Below, piece after piece: positions 9,003-19,150 of a stretch of DNA of 32,000 nt (positions are counted from its first letter, which is position 1; each line of letters opens with the position of its first letter). The position numbers and the translations under genes are program-made. This DNA comes from Bacillus subtilis subsp. subtilis str. 168 (GTDB taxonomy: Bacteria > Bacillota > Bacilli > Bacillales > Bacillaceae), in assembly GCF_000009045.1 (NCBI RefSeq), contig NC_000964.3:3510001-3542000 (forward strand). The letters are read 5' to 3'. Under the pieces are notes generated by a model that saw only the letters and a list, made by a program, of their open reading frames with translations, did no database searches and was not told where the DNA came from.

Positions 9003-10033
9003 GCCTGCTTCGCACTGCCTTTCATTGTCCCCCGCTGCTCGAAAAACAGCTTGATGAGAAAAGTGAGCCGCCATTTACACAGTGCTAATACCAAACGCTC
9101 TCCTCTTAATAATTTCTCATGCTGAAACGGTGTATGTCTGACAGCCTGCCGCACCATGTCATAGGATAAAATCTGTCTGATCTTCTTTTTGATGTCTTTC
9201 GGCGAATTCGGAGAAGCACAGGCATTTGCCAAAAGCATCGGAAGCTGGTGCCTGCAAATGTACACATTCAAATCTTCTTTACATGCGCCTGCTAAGCCGT
9301 AGTGATTGTAGAATGCGATTTTAGCCTGATATTGTTTTTGAAGATGTTCATCCATCGCCGGCTTATAAGGGATTTCTGTCAGGCTGTTCGGGTTTTCACG
9401 ATAAATGTACAATCCTTCATCAAGCATTTTCACCCGCTCCGCTTCGCGAAAAGCGGACAAATTAAAGGGAGAGTCTTCAGCAAAACGGATGTCTTCATCA
9501 AACAGCAGATTCGCCCTTTCAAAAAGCTCACGACGGTAAAGATAACGCCATACATACCAGATAAATCTCGTTTCGTGAGCATGTTTAAGCTGTTCAGTCA
9601 TTTCTGGTTTCGTCAGCACGCGGTTTGCCTCAAGCTGCGGCGGCACATATGTCCGCCTGTCCGATGACTGCTTGTAAAAACCGCATCCGACGATGTCAAG
9701 CTGATTTTGCTCCGCTTCTTCAGTCAGCCTCTGGAACATGGCGGATGATACATAATCGTCTCCGTCTACAAAGCCGATGTAAGTGCCCCGCGCGGCCTTT
9801 ATTCCCGTATTTCGCGCTGAACTAAGCCCGCCGTTTGCCTGATGAATGACCCGGATTCTCGCATCCCGTTTTGCATAGTCCTCTGCAATTTCGCCTGAAC
9901 GATCCGGTGTTCCGTCATTCACGAGGATGATTTCAATATCAGAAAGCGTTTGACGAAGCAAAGAATCAATGCACTCTTCTATAAATGGTTCAACATTATA
10001 CATCGGGACAATAATGCTGACGAGCGGGATCAT
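8999..10033 (-). CDS. epsJ: EpsJ, GT2 family glycosyltransferase (344 aa)
   Basis: VSIIVPMYNVEPFIEECIDSLL, VDGDDYV GT-A motifs. Confidence 0.94.
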   Translation of the reverse strand: MIPLVSIIVPMYNVEPFIEECIDSLLRQTLSDIEIILVNDGTPDRSGEIAEDYAKRDARIRVIHQANGGLSSARNTGIKAARGTYIGFVDGDDYVSSAMFQRLTEEAEQNQLDIVGCGFYKQSSDRRTYVPPQLEANRVLTKPEMTEQLKHAHETRFIWYVWRYLYRRELFERANLLFDEDIRFAEDSPFNLSAFREAERVKMLDEGLYIYRENPNSLTEIPYKPAMDEHLQKQYQAKIAFYNHYGLAGACKEDLNVYICRHQLPMLLANACASPNSPKDIKKKIRQILSYDMVRQAVRHTPFQHEKLLRGERLVLALCKWRLTFLIKLFFEQRGTMKGSAKQA

Positions 10034-11106
10034 TGCGCTTCACCGCTGATTTTGTCACGCAGACCTTTAAAATACACATCTCTCGGAAAGCCTGCACGGG
10101 ATGTTTCTTTTGTTAAAAGCTCATTGACTGCGGCTGTTACGCGCTCTGGCTCCGGATGTTCTATCAGCTTCATGAACGGGATGTCTTTAAGCCATTGATA
10201 GCCCTCCATCACCTTATGGTCAAAGGAGCGAATGACAACACACGGCGTTCCTGTCAGCGCGCAAAAAATCATGCCATGAAGCCTGTCAGTGACGACGGCT
10301 TCTGCGCTTTGCAGCTTAGACCACAGTGCTTCAAGTTCATGTTCGCGTGTATCGCGGCTGACCCGGCGGCCGATCGTTGTCGTAAAGGATTTGATCTCGC
10401 CGAATTCCTCACATAGCGCAGCCTTGACCCGGTTCCTCTGCTCCTCCTGAAGCACGCTTTCCTGATCCTCGCGCAAACACATATAAACCCCTTCGCGTTC
10501 TGCGGGAGCCTTGCTTCTGTCTAAATACAGCACCATGTCCGGCTGCTTCAAAATTGTTTTTTCTTGAAAATGCTGTTTCATAAATTGATACGTTGTTTCA
10601 TCCCGCGCCATCAGCAATAGGCCGGGGTGCGCATTATAAATTTTCTGTGCCCGTTTCAGCTCTTTGCGCCCTTTTTTCGTGTCAGAAAAATGAGCCGTTG
10701 CCGGAAGCTGGACAACCCGATAGTCATGGAATGTTTTAATGATGAAGCGGCGCGTCCACTCCTCATAACGGTATAAATCCCCCATGTTTCCGCCGCCGAT
10801 GATAAAGACCATATCCTCCGGATGGCGCGAGCGGATCAGGCTTTTTGCTGATTTGTAAATGTCCTTCATATCGACCTCGACGATGTCAAAGTCCGGGTAT
10901 TCTTGCTCAAGAAATGCCTTGCTGGCATAAGCAATTGCGTGATCTCCCAAATTGTCATGGGACGGCAGCAGGGTCAGTATGATTTTTTTCTGATGTGCTG
11001 CGGCCTTTACCGGTTGATCTGCCGCTCCCAGCCAATATTGGGACGGGTATTTGACCTTTAGCAGCAGCCATTCTGCAAAATTGATTTTCAACGATTGTAA
11101 CGACAT
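10030..11106 (-). CDS. epsI: EpsI, polysaccharide pyruvyl transferase (358 aa)
   Basis: LGDHAIAYASKAFL, GGGNMGDLY, DRLHGMIFCALTGTPCVV. Confidence 0.94.
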   Translation of the reverse strand: MSLQSLKINFAEWLLLKVKYPSQYWLGAADQPVKAAAHQKKIILTLLPSHDNLGDHAIAYASKAFLEQEYPDFDIVEVDMKDIYKSAKSLIRSRHPEDMVFIIGGGNMGDLYRYEEWTRRFIIKTFHDYRVVQLPATAHFSDTKKGRKELKRAQKIYNAHPGLLLMARDETTYQFMKQHFQEKTILKQPDMVLYLDRSKAPAEREGVYMCLREDQESVLQEEQRNRVKAALCEEFGEIKSFTTTIGRRVSRDTREHELEALWSKLQSAEAVVTDRLHGMIFCALTGTPCVVIRSFDHKVMEGYQWLKDIPFMKLIEHPEPERVTAAVNELLTKETSRAGFPRDVYFKGLRDKISGEAQ

Positions 11107-11110
11107 GTCC

Positions 11111-12145
11111 TCACCCTCTGTTTCTCATTTTGTACTCGATCACCCGCTGATACACAGCCGATGCCATAGCGACGAACGGAATCATTCTGTATTTCGCCAT
11201 CAGAAGCAGGCATGACCGTTTTGCGTCAAAAGGAGCAGTACCCGTTTTTGAAAGACTTTCTTGAAACACCGGGTCCGCGCATATCACGCCAACATTTCTA
11301 AGCTTTTCAAACAGCCGGCGGCTGCCGCTCGTTTTCCATTCATTCAGCATACAGATGCTGCTGTGAAGAACGATAAAGGTATCAAGCTCCTTGCGATACT
11401 CCTCCAGTTTGTTGTTCTCCTGTAAAAACGCCGCATTCGTCTCATACAGCGCAAGTCCTGATTCAAACAATTTTTTCTGATAGCGCTGCACAATGGAGGA
11501 AAGGTGAATTCGATAATGATAGAGCGGCGTTTTTACGTAGGATACTGAGCGGGCGAAAAAATGAGCCCTGAAGCTGAAAAACTGATCCTCGACATGCTCC
11601 AGCTCGCCTCGGAGCGGAAACGACAGCCGATGGGCTTCAATCATGCTTCTTCTGTACAGTTTGTTCCATGAAAACCCTCTGACCTTCCCTTCGAATAACG
11701 CCTTGATATAGTGCTCCTTCGGCTGATCCTGATAGGTTTGGGCAATGTCAGAGTCCATGGTTTTGCCAGTGTCCTCAAACTCTGCGGCGTAATTGCAAAT
11801 GACCAGATCAGTTTCATCGCCTGCTGTCCGGAGCATCTGCTCGCAATAATCAGGCTCAATCCAATCGTCTGAATCGATAAACGCGATAAATTCGCCGCGT
11901 GCAGCTTCAATGCCTTTATTCCGAACCGCACCGAGTCCCTGGTTTTCCTGATGAATCACCTTGAACCTGTTGTCCATTTTGGCGTATTCTTCTGCGATAT
12001 CCGGGCTGGCGTCAGCTGAACCGTCATTGACAATGATGATTTCAATATTGTCCATTGTCTGGTTCCGCAGTGATTCGAGACACGTTCTGATATATGTTTC
12101 TGTGTTATAAACAGCGACTAACAGACTAACCGCAGGTGTTTCCAT
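11111..12145 (-). CDS. epsH: EpsH, GT2 family glycosyltransferase (344 aa)
   Basis: VSLLVAVYNTETYIRTCLESL, IDSDDWIEPDY; start METPAVSLL. Confidence 0.94.
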   Translation of the reverse strand: METPAVSLLVAVYNTETYIRTCLESLRNQTMDNIEIIIVNDGSADASPDIAEEYAKMDNRFKVIHQENQGLGAVRNKGIEAARGEFIAFIDSDDWIEPDYCEQMLRTAGDETDLVICNYAAEFEDTGKTMDSDIAQTYQDQPKEHYIKALFEGKVRGFSWNKLYRRSMIEAHRLSFPLRGELEHVEDQFFSFRAHFFARSVSYVKTPLYHYRIHLSSIVQRYQKKLFESGLALYETNAAFLQENNKLEEYRKELDTFIVLHSSICMLNEWKTSGSRRLFEKLRNVGVICADPVFQESLSKTGTAPFDAKRSCLLLMAKYRMIPFVAMASAVYQRVIEYKMRNRG

Positions 12146-12169
12146 AATGACCGGCTCCTCGTGCATAAA

Positions 12170-13273
12170 TTACCGGGAAAAAATCGTTCTGTAAGGCAGA
12201 ACCGATGAATCGACCGGCATAAGCAAATAACTGTAAAGAAAATAACAAACAACGATAGCGATATAGATAAGAGCGTTCGATTTTTCATCAAATATCCTGA
12301 CGAAATAAGGGACTAGGATCATTTGATACAGACCGAAATAAATATTGAATCTGGCAAAAATCACGTCCTTTGTGGCCAAAAGGCCGAACAAAAAACCTAG
12401 CAGGCACAAATTGACGACAATATCAATTTGCGGCCACAGACTCCGCAGTCGTTCTTTATAGCAAAATGCAAGGAACAGCGGCAGAACCAAAACAGCGATT
12501 TTGATCACATTCATTCCATTTGTGTTCGTCATGAGCCATTTTTCATAATGGCTGTATGAGCTGTTTTCAAGTACAACGACAAACACAGAAATAAATTTTT
12601 GATATAAAAATGTCATGCCGAGAAATAAAGCGGATAGGCCGAATATCGCCGGTGACCAGGCTTTTCTTCTGACAATAAAGTACACTGGAATCATAATCAG
12701 CGCCGACGAATGAAAGAGCGAGCTGACCAGCACAATCAGGAAATATCGCTTCCAGTTCCCGCTAATGATATAACGGATCGCCCAAAACAAAACAGCTGCC
12801 ACCATGTATTGCCTGATGCCGTTAAAAGATGCGTAATAATGAAAGGTTCCCAAAAATAAAAAGACACTCAGCTCAAACGGCCTGCCATAGTCGGCGAGTG
12901 TCTTCATAATAAAGCTGTAGGTCACGACCGCCACCGTAAAATACATGATTTGAGGATCTTCCGTGATGAAATTCATCAGCCAAAGGAGTGCGGTAAACCC
13001 CGGATCTGTCGCTGTTTTCGCTGTGCCGAAACCGAATATCTGCCACACATTTTGATAATCGCCCGCCAATTCGTACAACAGCGTGTACGTCTGAAAATCC
13101 GTGCCGACTCGATAGCGGAGACCTGACACGAGCACAAGTGAAGCGAGCGGAATCCAGATCAAAAGCTTATTCGGCCGATACCCCGTGGCAAGCGAATCAT
13201 CACGGCCGCCGCACATTTTAGCGAACCAAGACCAAATAAATACAATCCCCATATTGACGGCATATACAATCAT
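12170..13273 (-). CDS. epsG: EpsG, EPS biosynthesis membrane protein, polymerase-like (367 aa)
   Basis: Multi-pass protein with EpsG-family motif [13 protein letters not shown] and [19 protein letters not shown]. Confidence 0.94.
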
Positions 13274-14424
13274 CGGTTATGGTCCTTTTCCGTGCTGATG
13301 TTGTATACATTCAGCAGCGCTCCTACATTTTGCTGTGCATCGTAGCCAAGTTGAGCGAGTGTTTCTTTGATGAACTCACGCTTCGGCCTGCCTGCGGCGG
13401 CCGCCCTTGCAATGGTTTCAGCCCAGACGCTGATCGGCTCAGAAAGACTTAATCTTGTGACAAGCCCGAGACCGGCGTCGACTTTTTCTGTAATGCTGTC
13501 TGAAATGATGCATGGAAGCCCCGACGCCTGCGCTTCCACAAGCACAACCGGCAAGCCTTCGTACAGAGACGGCATGACAAATACATCGAATGTTCGCATC
13601 AGTTCATGGATCCGTTCTTCCGTGCCTAAAAAGAGGACGTCTGATAGCAAATTCTGCTGCCGCGCCTCCTCCTCTATCTCCCCGCACAACGGCCCGTCTC
13701 CCGCCAGAACGAGCTGAAAGCGAATGCCTCTTTCCTTGAGATGTGCGGCAAGCTTCAACAGGAACGCGTGGTTTTTCACTTCATGAAACCGGGCCACATG
13801 GCCAATGATGAGCCGGTCGGCTGCAATGCCGCGTGCTGCTTTTTCTTCATCAGCCGCCTGCCCATTTGGGGCGAACAACTCAAGGTCAATCCCGTTAGGA
13901 AGAAGGTGAACACGCTCCCGCTCCATATTGGACTGTCCAAATAAAAACCTGCCCGCATCCTCTCCGCAGGCACACAGCGCTGTCGCATTTGCCAAAATGA
14001 GCCGCCTGAACACGAGCAGCTGCAATCGATCCTTCCAGTTGAAGCCGGTCTTCCAAGACGTATTGTGGGAGTGGCATACCCTGACCGGCACTCCGGCGAG
14101 CCTTGCCGCAAGGGCGATAAAACCCGTTTGGAAATCCGTGTGCGCATGAACGGCGCTGAACGGCCCATTTTCTTTTATCGCGTTTCTCACATTCCTCACA
14201 AATGTAAGGGGATTGCTTTGCCCAATGCTCGGGACATAAAAAAGCCGCCCGCCTAAAGATAAAATCTCTTCATCATAAGCGCACGGATCATTTCGATACG
14301 TTAAAAAATCAAATTGCACTTTGCTTTTGTCCATCTTCCGATATAAATTCATTACCATGGTTTCCGCGCCGCCCCTGTTCATGCCGCTGAGAACATGGAG
14401 CACGCGCTTTTGGCTGCTATTCAT
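13270..14424 (-). CDS. epsF: EpsF, GT4 family glycosyltransferase (384 aa)
   Basis: [23 protein letters not shown]; [23 protein letters not shown]. Confidence 0.95.
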
Positions 14425-15253
14425 GCTTGACAAGCCCTTCCTTTTGGTTCATCACTCTTTTTTTATGGTAGCGATTCATCACAGCTGCAGGCATAAAGGC
14501 GCGAATTAACGGTTTTGCGATATATATGTAATCAGATAAAGGAAGCTTCAAGCGTCTGCACGCCTGATAGACAAGAATGGCATTGTCGATTGAATACGTA
14601 AATGACCGCCGTTTGAATGCATCGCTGTCTTCCCTCACTTTATACAAGGCTTCCTGAAGATTATAGCCCCTGAAGCCCTCTTCAAAAAAGCGAAGCCACA
14701 AATCAATATCTTCCATTCGTCTCGTCCGCCGCACCGACCGGTAGCCTTTCAGCGTGCGGTAGGCACTCGCTCTCATCATAATCGTGCCGTGGCAAAATGG
14801 AGTCCCTTTTGCCATGATGCCCGGCTCCGGAACAGAAGGCAGAATGCGGGCGCCTCTTACGCCAAATTCATCAAACACAAGCATGCCGGTGCCAACCACC
14901 TGATAGTGTCGGTGCTTTTCTAAAAACGCGACCTGCTTTTCCAGACGGCGCGGAAACGAAAGGTCATCTCCGTCCTGACGTGCGATATAATCGCCTGTCG
15001 CATGCGAAAGACAATGATTTAATGATGCGGCAAGCCGCTTATTTGTTTTGTTTTGAATCAGTTTGATGCGGTCGCTGTAATGAGCGGCATACTGCTTCGC
15101 GATACGGAGCGTGCCGTCTGTTGACGCATCATCGCACAAAATCAGCTCCCAATTTTTATAGGATTGGCTGAGTATGGATTCTATGCTTTCTGCCAAAGTG
15201 CGTTCGCAATTATAAATGCCCATAATGACAGAAACTTTCGGTCCTGAGTTCAT
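14417..15253 (-). CDS. epsE: EpsE, GT2-family glycosyltransferase, known bifunctional flagellar clutch (278 aa)
   Basis: VSVIMGIYNCERTLAESIESIL...QDGDDLSFPRRL; position in operon. Confidence 0.95.
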   Translation of the reverse strand: MNSGPKVSVIMGIYNCERTLAESIESILSQSYKNWELILCDDASTDGTLRIAKQYAAHYSDRIKLIQNKTNKRLAASLNHCLSHATGDYIARQDGDDLSFPRRLEKQVAFLEKHRHYQVVGTGMLVFDEFGVRGARILPSVPEPGIMAKGTPFCHGTIMMRASAYRTLKGYRSVRRTRRMEDIDLWLRFFEEGFRGYNLQEALYKVREDSDAFKRRSFTYSIDNAILVYQACRRLKLPLSDYIYIAKPLIRAFMPAAVMNRYHKKRVMNQKEGLVKHE

Positions 15254-16395
15254 ACGCTTTTCTCCTTTGTATCCATATCCATGTACGCGGAATAAATATC
15301 TGCCATTTCTTCCACCGTTCGCGCCTCCGAGAAGCGCAAGGCTGTTTTTCGGCCTTCCTGTCCCAGCTTTCGGCAGAGCTCCGGCTTATGGTAAAGCTGT
15401 TCAATCCGGCGGGCAAAAGCAGCACTGTCACCGATTTTGATCAGAAAACCGTTTTCTCCGTCGCGGATGATTTCCCGATGCCCGCGATTATCTGTGGCGA
15501 TCGCCGGTTGTTCTGCCGCCATTCCCTCAAGCACATTCATACCGAGGCCTTCTCTAATGCTGGATGCGACAGATACATCCGCAAGCTGAATCAACTCATG
15601 TATGTCGCTGCAAAAGCCGTAAAAACAGACATGGGCGGAGGCACCAAGCTTTTCAGCTAACGTTTGATACGTATGTTCCATTGCCCCTTCCCCGGCAAAC
15701 ACAAGGCGGAGTGAGGGAATTTTTTCTTTTAGCAAGGCTGCGGCTTCAATTAACTGCTTCTGGTTTTTGTTCAGATTGAGCTCAGCCGGATAAACCAATA
15801 TAAAATCATCTTCACGGAACCCGTGCTTTTCTCTGAGTCTTTGCTGCTCTATCGGACTGACAGGCCGGAAACGCTCGGTATTGACGCCAATGCCGTGAAT
15901 TTTCTGCGTCCTTCCGCCCGGCCTTTGAAGTCCTTTCGCCCGTATGTAATCCTCTTCATTAATCGTAATCAGGCAGTCTGTATATGCTGAAAGCCATTTC
16001 TCAACCGGATAGTAAAGAAGCCAATTTTTCATCGGTGCCCCTTTGCAGAAGTGAAATCCGTGCGCTGTGTACAGCACCTTTGTTCCGTGCCGCCGTGCCT
16101 GCCTCGCCGCCAGTCTGGCGAGAACGCCGCCGACCGGTGTATGGCAATGGACAATGTCGTATTCATAAGTGTCAATCACTTTCTTCAGCTGCCTATAAAC
16201 GGCCAGGTTCTGAGGGTCAAAAGGTGACCTGCGAATCGGGATGGAGAATTTCTCATCCACATACGGCAGCTTGGTTTGTCCGTTCGCGGCGACATGAACC
16301 TCCCAGCCCATTTGCTTGAACCATTTAAAATAAGGGAGGTGAAAGGCCTTAAAATGATAATCAACAGTCGCGCAAAACAATATCTTTTTCGTCAT
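15250..16395 (-). CDS. epsD: EpsD, GT4 family glycosyltransferase (381 aa)
   Basis: VHCHTPVGGVLARLAAR, YPAELNLNKNQKQLIEA, EGLGMNVLEGMA. Confidence 0.95.
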   Translation of the reverse strand: MTKKILFCATVDYHFKAFHLPYFKWFKQMGWEVHVAANGQTKLPYVDEKFSIPIRRSPFDPQNLAVYRQLKKVIDTYEYDIVHCHTPVGGVLARLAARQARRHGTKVLYTAHGFHFCKGAPMKNWLLYYPVEKWLSAYTDCLITINEEDYIRAKGLQRPGGRTQKIHGIGVNTERFRPVSPIEQQRLREKHGFREDDFILVYPAELNLNKNQKQLIEAAALLKEKIPSLRLVFAGEGAMEHTYQTLAEKLGASAHVCFYGFCSDIHELIQLADVSVASSIREGLGMNVLEGMAAEQPAIATDNRGHREIIRDGENGFLIKIGDSAAFARRIEQLYHKPELCRKLGQEGRKTALRFSEARTVEEMADIYSAYMDMDTKEKSV

Positions 16396-16406
16396 TTTCA
16401 CTCCCC

Positions 16407-18227
16407 CTAATGAACGCTGGCAGCCGTCATTTCTTCTGATGTATTGATTGCCGCAAACAGCCTCGCTCTCAGGTCGGCTTCCGGCAGCTCATGAAAATCC
16501 TCGATAAAGCGCATCAGCACCGGCCAATCGCCGTCCACCGCTTTACCGATGTGAATTTTTGGAAAGATTTGTTCAGCATGGACTTCATTTTTGTTCAGCA
16601 ATTCTTCATACATTTTTTCGCCCGGACGAATGCCTGTGAATTCGATTGGAACCTGCTCAGTCGTGTAGCCGGACAAATGAATGAGGTTTTTGGCAAGATC
16701 CACAATCTTTACGGGCTCTCCCATATCGAGAACGAAAATTTGACGCCCTTTCGCCAGTGCCCCAGCCTGAATCACAAGCCTTGATGCCTCGGGAATCGTC
16801 ATGAAATAGCGGGTCATTGCCGGATGTGTTACTGTCACCGGGCCGCCTTTTTCAATCTGTTTTTTGAAAATTGGAATGACGCTGCCGCGGCTCCCGAGTA
16901 CATTGCCGAAGCGAACAGCAACAAATTTGGTTCTGCTGACTTTCCCAAGATTCATAATAATCATCTCTGCGAATCGTTTTGTCGCCCCCATTACGTTGGC
17001 TGGGTTCACCGCTTTGTCCGATGAAATCAGCACGAATGTCTCAGTTCCCGACATATCGGCTGCTTCCGCGACATTTTTTGTTCCGATAATATTGTTTTTG
17101 ACCGCCTCTTCTGGATTGTGTTCCATTAAAGGCACATGCTTATGGGCAGCTGCATGATAGACAACATGCGGCTCGTATTTTTTCATCAAGGTAAACATTT
17201 TATCGCGGTCCTGCACATCAGCGATTTCCGTATGGAACACAATGTGTTTGCCGAATCGTCCGTTCAGCTCTGTATAAATCGAATGAATGCTGTTTTCCCC
17301 ATGGCCGAGCAGAATGATTTCCTTAGGCTGAAACGCGCTGATCTGACGGCAGATTTCCGAGCCGATTGATCCGCCCGCTCCCGTGACGAGAACTGTTTTT
17401 CCTTTGATGCGGTTCGAAATTTCGCTAGTGTCGAGGGTTACCGGCTTTCTGCCGAGCAAGTCCTCAGCTTTTACATCTCTGATTTGTCCGGCAGTTCGTG
17501 TGCCAAGCAGCATTTCATCAAAATGAGGCATAATTTTAATGCTTACTCCGGTTCGCACACATTCTTTATATAACACCTGAAGCTCATGGGTGCGGAGTGA
17601 AGGAATGGCAATAATAATATAATTAATTTTGAGCTTTTGCACCGCAGGCATGATACTTTCTTTTCCGCCGATTACGGGCAGCCCCATAATTTCTAATTTA
17701 TGCTTCGTTTGGTCGTCATCAATAAAAGCGACAGGTATGATATCAGGTTCATCTTTCGAAAGCAGCTGCCTGACCATCAGAGTCCCACCTGAGCCCGCCC
17801 CGATAATCAGCGCGCGGGACGAGGCGCAGCGTTTTTTCCTGATGCTTTCGTTTAATACTCTGGATAAAATACGGGTCCCTCCAATAGACAAAAGCTGAAG
17901 CACCCAGCACGCGGTTAACAGACGGAAGAACATCGTGTGATACACAGCATACTGAATGACGCCGGTCACAGCGGCTGAAAGCGTAATGCCCTTAAGCAGG
18001 ACAATCAGCTCGCCAAGCCCGGTGTATGTCCACACCTGTTTATACTGATTGAACAGGAAAGCACACACATGATAGCTGAGGAGCAAGCTGACAGCGGTAA
18101 GCAGTAATGCTCCGGAGTCATAAAATTGATAGGAATCTTTTAAAAATTGATATCCTGCAATAACTGAATTTAAAACGAGGTAAGTATCCAGCGCAATAAT
18201 CATTGACAGTCTTCTCCGGTAACTCAA
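16407..18227 (-). CDS. epsC: EpsC, nucleoside-diphosphate-sugar 4,6-dehydratase, membrane anchored (606 aa from TTG 18227; 598 aa from ATG 18203)
   Basis: Rossmann VLVTGAGGSIGSEICRQI, ISSDKAVNPANVMGATKR, membrane N-terminus; CapD/PglF-like. Confidence 0.95.
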   Translation of the reverse strand: MSYRRRLSMIIALDTYLVLNSVIAGYQFLKDSYQFYDSGALLLTAVSLLLSYHVCAFLFNQYKQVWTYTGLGELIVLLKGITLSAAVTGVIQYAVYHTMFFRLLTACWVLQLLSIGGTRILSRVLNESIRKKRCASSRALIIGAGSGGTLMVRQLLSKDEPDIIPVAFIDDDQTKHKLEIMGLPVIGGKESIMPAVQKLKINYIIIAIPSLRTHELQVLYKECVRTGVSIKIMPHFDEMLLGTRTAGQIRDVKAEDLLGRKPVTLDTSEISNRIKGKTVLVTGAGGSIGSEICRQISAFQPKEIILLGHGENSIHSIYTELNGRFGKHIVFHTEIADVQDRDKMFTLMKKYEPHVVYHAAAHKHVPLMEHNPEEAVKNNIIGTKNVAEAADMSGTETFVLISSDKAVNPANVMGATKRFAEMIIMNLGKVSRTKFVAVRFGNVLGSRGSVIPIFKKQIEKGGPVTVTHPAMTRYFMTIPEASRLVIQAGALAKGRQIFVLDMGEPVKIVDLAKNLIHLSGYTTEQVPIEFTGIRPGEKMYEELLNKNEVHAEQIFPKIHIGKAVDGDWPVLMRFIEDFHELPEADLRARLFAAINTSEEMTAASVH

Positions 18228-18239
18228 CCTTTTCCCCCC

Positions 18240-18440
18240 TAATTCTTTTATCGGTTTAGCTGCGGCGGTTTTCGTCTCTCCAAAAAATCGGCAGCAGCTA
18301 AACCGACAATACGTCCTATGTATATATGAGATAAGTGGGCATTTAACCCATCCTCACGCCCCGCCAGCGACGACCAGCATCTAAGGCAGCAACTTCAGCT
18401 GCCCACAGCAGAGCCGAGTGCCTCCATTGATACAGGTCAG
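18240..18440 (-). ncRNA. EAR (eps-associated RNA) processive antitermination element in the epsB-epsC intergenic region (boundaries approximate)
   Basis: Roughly 230-nt noncoding gap inside an otherwise tight operon, rich in complementary segments; location matches the described EAR element of Bacillales eps operons. Confidence 0.75.
18251..18306 (-). repeat. Perfect 13-bp inverted repeat (GCAGCTAAACCGA / TCGGTTTAGCTGC, 30-nt loop) immediately upstream of the epsC ribosome-binding site
   Basis: TCGGTTTAGCTGC at 18251-18263, GCAGCTAAACCGA at 18294-18306. Confidence 0.75.
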
Positions 18441-18461
18441 GAGACATCACCTTTACAAAAA

Positions 18462-19145
18462 CTAGTAGGAATAGTGTTCCGATTTTTTCATTTTCTTTTT
18501 GTTTAAAAGAGCGCCTAACAGCTTCGCATTGGATTGTTCCAGTGCATCTTTTGCTTTCAGAACGGTATCGGTTTTTGTTTTTCCGCTTAAAACGACGAGC
18601 ACGCTGCCGTCTGTCTGATTTGCTAGAATCTGAGCATCTGCAACAGCCAAAAGAGGAGGGGAATCAAAGATGACGAGGCTGAATTGTTCATAGATCTCAG
18701 ATATTAAATCTCCCATTGCTTTTGAAGACAACAGTTCTGCCGGGTTTGGCGGGGTCGGCCCGCTTGTCAGTACATATAAGTTATCGATCGGCGTCTTTTG
18801 CACCGTCTCACTGAGTGAAGCATTGCCGACCAGCACATTTGTCAGCCCGGTTACATTATCAACCTGAAACGTCTGATTGATGGTCGGCTTTCTTAAATCG
18901 GCATCCACCAGCAGTACTTTCTTTTCCTGCTGCTGCGCAAAGACAGCCGCAAGATTCGCTGCACTGAACGATTTACCTTCACCAGGCACAGAGGAGGTGA
19001 CGAGGATAGATCGCAAGTTGGTCTGGACAGATGAGAACTCAATGTTTGTCCGAATGGTGCGATATTGTTCCGCAACAACTGATTTATTGTGTAAAACAGA
19101 TATTTGAGCCAAACCTCGCCTTGCTTTCTTTTTTCTAAAGATCAC
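18462..19145 (-). CDS. epsB: EpsB, BY-kinase (tyrosine kinase, Wzc/CpsD-like cytoplasmic part, 227 aa)
   Basis: [18 protein letters not shown] Walker [23 protein letters not shown]-terminal tyrosines (EHYSY); GTG start. Confidence 0.94.
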
Positions 19146-19150
19146 TCGCT

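Noticed and set aside
9002-9074. Longer N-terminal starts proposed by the ORF track for epsK, epsL, epsM, epsN, sigL, pbpE, levB and yvdT
   Set aside because: The extensions run into upstream genes or terminators and lack good ribosome-binding sites; shorter starts match known protein lengths.
9302-9667. 121-aa + strand ORF inside epsJ, and many similar antisense ORFs across eps, pnbA, levB and yveA
   Set aside because: Lie opposite well-supported genes, have low-complexity or Arg/Cys/Ser-rich unnatural composition and no recognisable domain; shadow ORFs from codon bias.
10030-11106. epsI and epsO as a recent duplication
   Set aside because: Both are pyruvyl transferase-like but the sequences are very diverged; shared family only, not a recent local duplication.
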